This document shows positions 57,635 through 64,000 of a DNA stretch of 64,000 bases, piece after piece (the stretch's first letter is position 1; each line of letters starts with the position of its first letter). Under the pieces are notes generated by a model. It did not search any database, was not told where the DNA came from, and saw only the letters and a program-made list of their open reading frames with translations. The translations under genes were made by a program, and so were the position numbers. This stretch comes from Bacteroidota bacterium (GTDB lineage: Bacteria > Bacteroidota > Bacteroidia > AKYH767-A > OLB10): assembly GCA_016713445.1 (NCBI GenBank), contig JADJPB010000014.1, forward strand, positions 128,317-192,316, read 5' to 3'.

Positions 57635-58197
57635 TTTTTTTGTTACATTATCTTTTTTATCTGGCATGACCACTTTAAATAGTTAGTTTAAACTTGTTGA
57701 ATGTTAAGCAAAAGTGGTAAAATTGTTTCTAAGTATCCTAATGAAATACATATTATTGCATTGAAATGCATTTTGTTGAACATAACGAACCTTGGTCAGA
57801 TATATGTTCCATTTGAATTCTAGTTGGAAAATTCCAAAAAAATGAATTGACGGCCAAACTGTAAACGATCTCCATATGAATGGTAGCTGGAAATTTTTGA
57901 TGTATTTAGATCACCCATCCCTCAATATGTGGTTTTTTTTAAAAAAAGGGTAAAAAGGGGTAAAGTAAACCTGAGCAAGAAAGTGTTTTGCATTTAGTAA
58001 TCAGATGATGGTAAGTTTTAAATGCTATTAATAGTAATGTGCCATTGACTGACTTTAGATTATATTCGAATTGTTGACCAACTTCACTGTTTTCCGCTGA
58101 TTCGTAATTACTATACAAAGCTAATTTGATTATTATATAATACGACATCTGCGTCTTTGCAAAATTTCTTCAAGAATCAGTTTTGGTAAGAATTCTA

Positions 58198-58235
58198 CCT
58201 CACCCCAAACTTTGGCTTATCCTAATTGGGTTATG
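58198..58235. promoter_or_regulatory. Motif copy b, an inverted pair (CCTCACCCCAAACTTTGGCTTATCCTAATTGGGTTATG), about 150 bp upstream of unknown protein A
   Basis: It contains both orientations of the CACC..AA.TTGG core. A further half-site, TCACCGAATTTGGTTATTGG, lies at 58280-58299. Confidence 0.35.
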
Positions 58236-58384
58236 AATTTGCGAATATTTCAAGCAGCATCTGCATTTTACGCATTTCATCACCGAATTTGGTTATTGGT
58301 ATACAAAGCCGTTGAAGCGACGTTTGCAATCAGAAGTAAAACATAAATAAATAGCATCATCCATTTAATTAAAAAATAACTCCT

Positions 58385-60683
58385 ATGGTAAACGAAGTAA
58401 AAATCATTAATGACTTCTGCGTCTCCGCAAAGTTAAAAGTTGGAATCAATCATTATTTTAAACAATGCTTTTTATTAATTGTTTTTTTAATTGCCAGCAA
58501 TCAAACCTATTCCAAGGAAAATTATTACTGCAATCCCAAAGCCATTACACTTTGTTCAAAAAATGGTGTAGCCTCAGTTTCTATAACGGGATTGGGTATC
58601 GCGAAAATCAAGGATTTTAAAATTTTAAAAGACGGAAAAGAAACAAAAGATATTTCAGTTAAAATTGCAAAGATTGATCCTGAATTTAAAGATATTATAG
58701 AGTTAAGTTTTTATGTGGTCAATAGAAATACTTTAGCAGGCAAATATTCATTAGGATGGGGATTCGATATAAATGTTGTGGATTTTGATTTACCAATTAC
58801 CGTTATTAATTGCCCCACGAACCCAAAAGTGGATATTATACAGAACAAATATGTTCAATTCGAAAAGTATACGGAGAGCAATATTTATAGTGCAATTATT
58901 GCAAATATTAACCCCTTAAAGTTAAAAAAATACGATTTTAACAAATTACTATTAAACGATCCTGTTGTTCGAAGAGATCTTATGTTAAATGCTTTTGCTG
59001 AAGAAATTTCGAGCGGTACTCCGAAAATCAGAGATTGGTTCCCTAAAACGGTGGGCGCAATGGGTGGTACCCTGGTATTAGTTGGAGAGAACATGAATAT
59101 GATTCGAGAGGTAAAAATTGGTGATAAAATCTTAACACCTGTGACTGTAGTAGAGGTTCAACAGCAAATCTTTAAACCCGGTGTATCCAGGGCTGTATTT
59201 GAATTACCGAAGTTGCCTGCTCAAGGTGACTTAACGGTTATGGGGATATCCAGTAATCTTAAGTTTACAGTTGAACAAGGTTATAAAACGGTTGATCAAA
59301 AGGGTGCGGAGTGGCCCGCAACACGCAGTACACTCATAAGCGCGGTGTATGCGACGTCCGGTAGTTCAATTTCAAGCACCATGGAAAATGGAATTGGAGA
59401 TGCCATGCGATCTATTCAATATTCTTATTTGATCGAATATGTGCCCGGGAATGTACTAGGATCATGCACCTTTAAAGATTCGATCCCCGAATTACTAAAC
59501 AAAGCGGGGGAGAGTGTTTCTGCACTTGGAGCTTATGGATTTGTAGATGCATCTTATAATTTGGGGTTTTTCGGAAATGCTATCCTGATTTCTTTTACAA
59601 AATATATTAAAAATACCAACCCCACATCTAATCCAACAACTTTGAGTATTGATTTTTATATTAACTCAGAGTCTTATCAAAACACGGAATCCGCCCAAAA
59701 TAATATCTTTCGAAGGACCACTGGGATGTCACTTAAATACAACGCACTTAAACGGTACACCATTGAAAACACAACACAGCTAAACCGAATATTTGATTTT
59801 CAAAATAGTCATGCGTGGGGTACCGTCTCTGGTATGTCCACAAATATTGACGGAAGTAATCCAATTGAAGTTGGTCAAATTGTTGTCGATAATGATATCG
59901 CATTCAGAATTGCTTCCGGACCATTTGGCACGGAGGCAAGTTGGTTCAGCTCAGCATTTAGAATGCCACAGGGGTGGCTGGTGGATAAAATGATCTGGTC
60001 GGAGAAAAGAGACTATTCTGAAAGTGAACCGAATAAAATGGCTTTTTCGGGGCAGGAGAATGTTACTGGTTTTACTAGCTATATGGATTTTATTCTCGCT
60101 CCATTTAACGGTCTATTCGATGGTAATTGTTTCGGAAATAGTAGTCACCATTATTGGCCGGGTAGTGGTCAAGCCGGCTTTTCTTCTTGTTCCGGTAGAT
60201 GGCTCAGTCCTCAAACTATAAGACTTTATTCGGGAACTGGAGAGTTTAATATTCCGACTGTTGGTTCTAGATGTACAACACCGTGTCTACAATTTAGTGA
60301 TTGTTATCCAATATCCATCGGATTGTCAGTTGACCAAGAACGAAAAATGACATACTTTCGAGGTCCGTGTAAAGTCGAGCCAGCGATTGAAATGAGAGAA
60401 TCTACTTCTGGTCAAATCGTGAGAGGTACTGTGATCATTCTTAGGAGTACGGGTTATTCGAATAATAGCCTTAGAGTGCTTCAAAAAATTAGACAAAGTA
60501 GAGTTTTTAGGTCCTCACGGCGCAAACTTCAATGAGTTACTTTCAAATATATACCTCTATAACGCTAGTTCGTTCAGCGCCCAAAACGGAGACAGACCCA
60601 CAGAGGAATATACGGGTCCCTTTGATGCCATAAGTAGGTATAAAACGACTACTGTGAATTATTACATGAACCCATTGCGATAA
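58385..60683 (+). CDS. Unknown secreted protein A (~765 aa; IPT/TIG-like segment; frameshift at the A6 run 60483-60488)
   Basis: 716-aa ORF with a hydrophobic signal (CFLLIVFLIASNQTYS). The corrected tail ..RVLQKLDKVEFLGPHGANFNELLSNIYLYNASSF...NYYMNPLR* parallels the paralog's tail. It has no T9SS CTD. Confidence 0.7.
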
Positions 60684-60696
60684 ATTTAAAACTAAA

Positions 60697-62857
60697 ATGA
60701 TGAAAAATAGAATGATCATAACATTACAACCCGTTATAATATTATTTATGATGATGGGACTAAATATTTTAAATGCTACTGCTGTAGGATTTAGTTGTTC
60801 GCCGCATAAAATTAATCTCCACGCCAATTTCGGAAGTGTAACGATTTGCGTGATGGGAGATAGCGTGCATCAAATGAATGAATTTGCGTTTTTAAAGATG
60901 ATAAACTGGTCAAAGAAATTATTGTAACGCGAATGGCCAGTTCAAACATTGCAAACGATAGATTGACCATTTTAGTACAGGTAATAAATAGTAGCATAAC
61001 GGACGGTTCATATAAATTAAAGGGAAATCTGAAAGCAAATAAAAGTATATTTATTACACTGCCACTGGATATTAAAATCGATAAACATATTCCAGTTAAA
61101 AAACCAGAGTTATTGCTGGCTCCATATATTAAGCTTGGGAAATATAGCGCTTTAGATATTCATAGAGCAATTTCGGCAAGTAATAAGCCTACGACTGGAT
61201 TTGTTTATATGCCAGGACAGAGTATTCTCAATGATCCCACAGTGAGAAGAAATATGATGCTGGACGCATTGGCAGAAGAAATAGTTGCCGGCATGCCAAA
61301 AGTAAAAGACTGGCTCCCTAAAACAACTGGCGCTATAAATGGTACACTCGTAATTGCCGGAGAAAATCTAGAAATGTTGGAAGAAGTAAGAATTGGTCAA
61401 ACTGCCCTTAAGCCAATTCTACCGACAGAATACAGTACTAATATTAATGCTAAAAAAACGAAGGTGTTTAAATTACCTGATGGTCCAGTTCAAGGTGATT
61501 TAACTGGAAACGTCAAGGATCTTCGGTTTATATAACGATTGAAAATAATTACAAAACTGTTTTGGAATCCGGACCGGATTGGCCCGCAATCAGAACCACC
61601 TACTTAGGTGCCGCAAATATGTACACCGGAGAAGGAGAATCTGTAAATAACAATTTAAATCGTGGGCGGGGTGATGCCATGCGTCTTACTCAGTTCACCT
61701 TTCTAGTAGAATATATTCCTGGGAATATTTTAAATAGCACTTACTTTTTAGAATTACCAAAGTTGGGTGTTAAAGCTGGCGAGGCCTTTAGCAGCATCAG
61801 TGCATATAGTTTTGCCGACGCATCCGGCAATAAGGGAATTTTTGGAAACGCAATAGAAGTTAGTTTTCAAAAATATGTGCGGGATGTAGACCCATCTGTG
61901 AATTTTGAAGTGAGAACATTACCCTGTTCCATTAATGTGAAATCATATATAAATACCGCTTCAATGCAGAGTAATTTGTTTAATCGGTATGCAGTTCTAA
62001 ACCTTGAATACAATGCACTTAAAAAATATACTATTGAACGTACCAGTGTGAGTAATGTAGAAAGACTCTTTGCGTTCCAAAACACATTTGCATGGGGTCA
62101 GGTCTCTGGAGAATCACGCAATCTGGATGGTTCTAACGGCATCGAAGTCGGTAGAACAACAGTAGATGGGGATATAGCCATTCGGATAGCTTCAGGCCCT
62201 CTGGGAACGAATGGAATTTGGCTTAGTCCGGCAATGTTAATGCCGCATGGGTGGCTTGTGGATGGCATTGGCTGGAGTGAAAAAAGAGAATATAGCAATA
62301 GTCAAATAATGGCTTACAGCTCCGAAACAGAATATAATGGAATACCTACTTCGCAAACCTACGTTTACATGATTGGTTTGTATAATCCATTTTGCGGAGG
62401 TTCCGGTTCACGTTATAATCCTGGCATGGGCAAAGCGAAATCATTCAGCAACAATGTTCCAAAGATTACTGTTTTTGATGGTAAAAGTTTATCCTTTGGA
62501 ATTAAACCAGTGGTGTTAAATTCAACGACCAACCATTTATGTAATATTAAAGGTCCTGTTACAAATGAGCCTACTAATGGGCAGTTTGTTAAAGGAGCGG
62601 TCATAAGTCTCGCTGCAGATAGTTATATAGATAATAGTGTTCGTGTACTGATGAAATTGGATTACCTCAATATTCTTGGGCCTCACGATGCTGATCTCAA
62701 TTATATGTTGAGCAAAGTTTACCTATACGATAGCAACTCCTTTGAGTGGGATCGCAATGATGGTCATCCTTTTGGCCGGCCCACACCTTACGCACCTAGT
62801 CAATTAGAACGTTATATTCAGTTTCCAGTGGATTATTATATGTTTACGGATAGATAA
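60697..62857 (+). CDS. Unknown secreted protein B, paralog of A (~720 aa; two frameshifts near 60925 and 61540)
   Basis: Pieces 60697-60927, 60933-61535 and 61562-62857 are collinear with A (e.g. NDPTVRRNMMLDALAEEIVAGMPKVKDWLPKTTGAINGTLVIAGEN versus NDPVVRRDLMLNAFAEEISSGTPKIRDWFPKTVGAMGGTLVLVGEN, and IRIASGPLGT..GWLVD..WSEKREYS versus FRIASGPFGT..GWLVDKMIWSEKRDYS). Confidence 0.7.
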
Positions 62858-62868
62858 AAGGATAATCC

Positions 62869-64000
62869 ATGCAAAAATCAAGAGTATTGGTAATTGTATT
62901 CTGCCTTTCTGTTGTATTCTCTGTAGATGCCCAAAGCAACGGAGAAACGGAAGTGCCGGATAAGCTTTTTCCGAAGGAACTCAATGTTTCATCCTCCGCT
63001 GTGTTTGAATTAATGGGTGTCACCCCGTCACAGATATCCCGTTCATCAGATGTGAAGGATTTTAAAGTGGACTGGTCGTTTAAATCATGGCGACTAAATC
63101 CCAATATAAGTCTGCAAGGTCAGCCGATATGGGAATTAATGTACAATCGAAAAGATATTTCGAAGTATGTCAAAGCGTCTGCTTTCATGCAGAAGCTTTC
63201 CTCGCTGGAGTTATCATTAGGAACCGTACAGGATGAAGATGGAAATCGACGAATTGGGTTTGGTGGTAAAGTAAATATTTTACGTAGCCACGATCCATTA
63301 CTCAAAAGAGGATATTTTGATTCTACGTTGGTGAATTATAAATCTGAAATTGAATTAAACAGGCAAGCACGTCAACAATTAAAAAACACACTGGATACAT
63401 TAAAAGATCTTTCTCAATACAAAGCGCTCTCTTTGCAAATTATTGATGTAGATAATCAGTTAAATCAGATCTTGGCAAGGCAACGGATGAAATACTCGCG
63501 CAATCCAAATCATTTGCTGATCAATTTTGGAATAGCTCATTTCTTGATGTTGGAGGCGCCGCTGTTTTTACTTATTTAACAGATAGTGTGGGTTCTTTAA
63601 AAGAATTAAAGGTAAATAAAAAGACAGGCAACGCTCTATGGCTTACTGGAGGTTTAGGTTTAGGTAAACGATGGCTTATCACTGGGATGGTACGTGGATT
63701 ACAATATAGAGAAAAGCTTGATTTTGTTCTAAGAGATACACTTGCCTTTACAGAAGTTCCACTAGATACTACAATTAATCAAGTGTTATTGACATATGGT
63801 TTAAATATTCGATATGGCTCACCTTACTTCAATTTTTTTGTGGAATATTTTTCCGATTTGCGGAGTATTTCCGATAAAACAAAAGTTATTCTCGAGGGAA
63901 ATAGTGAACGAATCAGCGAAATGGGTCCTGCGGTAGTGGTTGATATAAAAAGTATAACCTGGAATCTTCAACCCGCGCATTCCCTTACTGTTGGAGGAGA
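62869..64000 (+). CDS. Unknown signal-peptide protein C, possibly an outer-membrane beta-barrel (frameshift near 63500-63580; 3' end outside window)
   Basis: MQKSRVLVIVFCLSVVFSVDAQ starts 12 nt after B. The later frame reads ..ALWLTGGLGLGKRWLITGMVRGLQYREKLDFVLRD..LLTYGLNIRYGSPYFNFFVEYFSD.. (alternating beta-strand-like pattern). Confidence 0.5.

Overview
This is an AT-rich chromosomal segment that looks Bacteroidota-like: several proteins end in type IX secretion (T9SS) C-terminal sorting domains, and there is a PorZ-like propeller protein and a TonB. I call about 48 protein genes. They include a norQ/norD plus cytochrome c plus heme-copper-oxidase-like cluster, and housekeeping genes (prs, rplY, pth, aspS, hflX). 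There are also an M1 aminopeptidase, two ABC transporter operons, two amidohydrolases, kynA, large T9SS cargo proteins, and a TPR histidine kinase with a LuxR-type response regulator.

The most unusual region is 7.9-11.4 kb. One tRNA-Leu(CAA) gene is surrounded by three small GIY-YIG nuclease genes, a duplicated 5' half of the tRNA, and a tRNA relic carrying GC-rich palindromes in all three loop regions. Next to it is a 16-unit tandem array (126-130 bp period) of 'tRNA 3' fragment + trailer hairpin'.

The second candidate is at 54.2-64 kb. Two tandem paralogous ~720-765 aa secreted proteins of unknown family sit upstream of a signal-peptide protein that I guess is a beta-barrel. They lie next to the two-component system, and a recurring motif occurs in the three flanking promoter regions.

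Short GC-rich palindromes and other dispersed or tandem repeats fill many intergenic regions.

Major caveat: 27 of the ~48 genes, including essential ones, have disrupted reading frames. Almost every disruption I could localise sits at a homopolymer run, so I read most of them as sequencing or assembly indels rather than real pseudogenes. All calls were made by eye from the sequence and the ORF track. Frameshift positions and some start codons are approximate.
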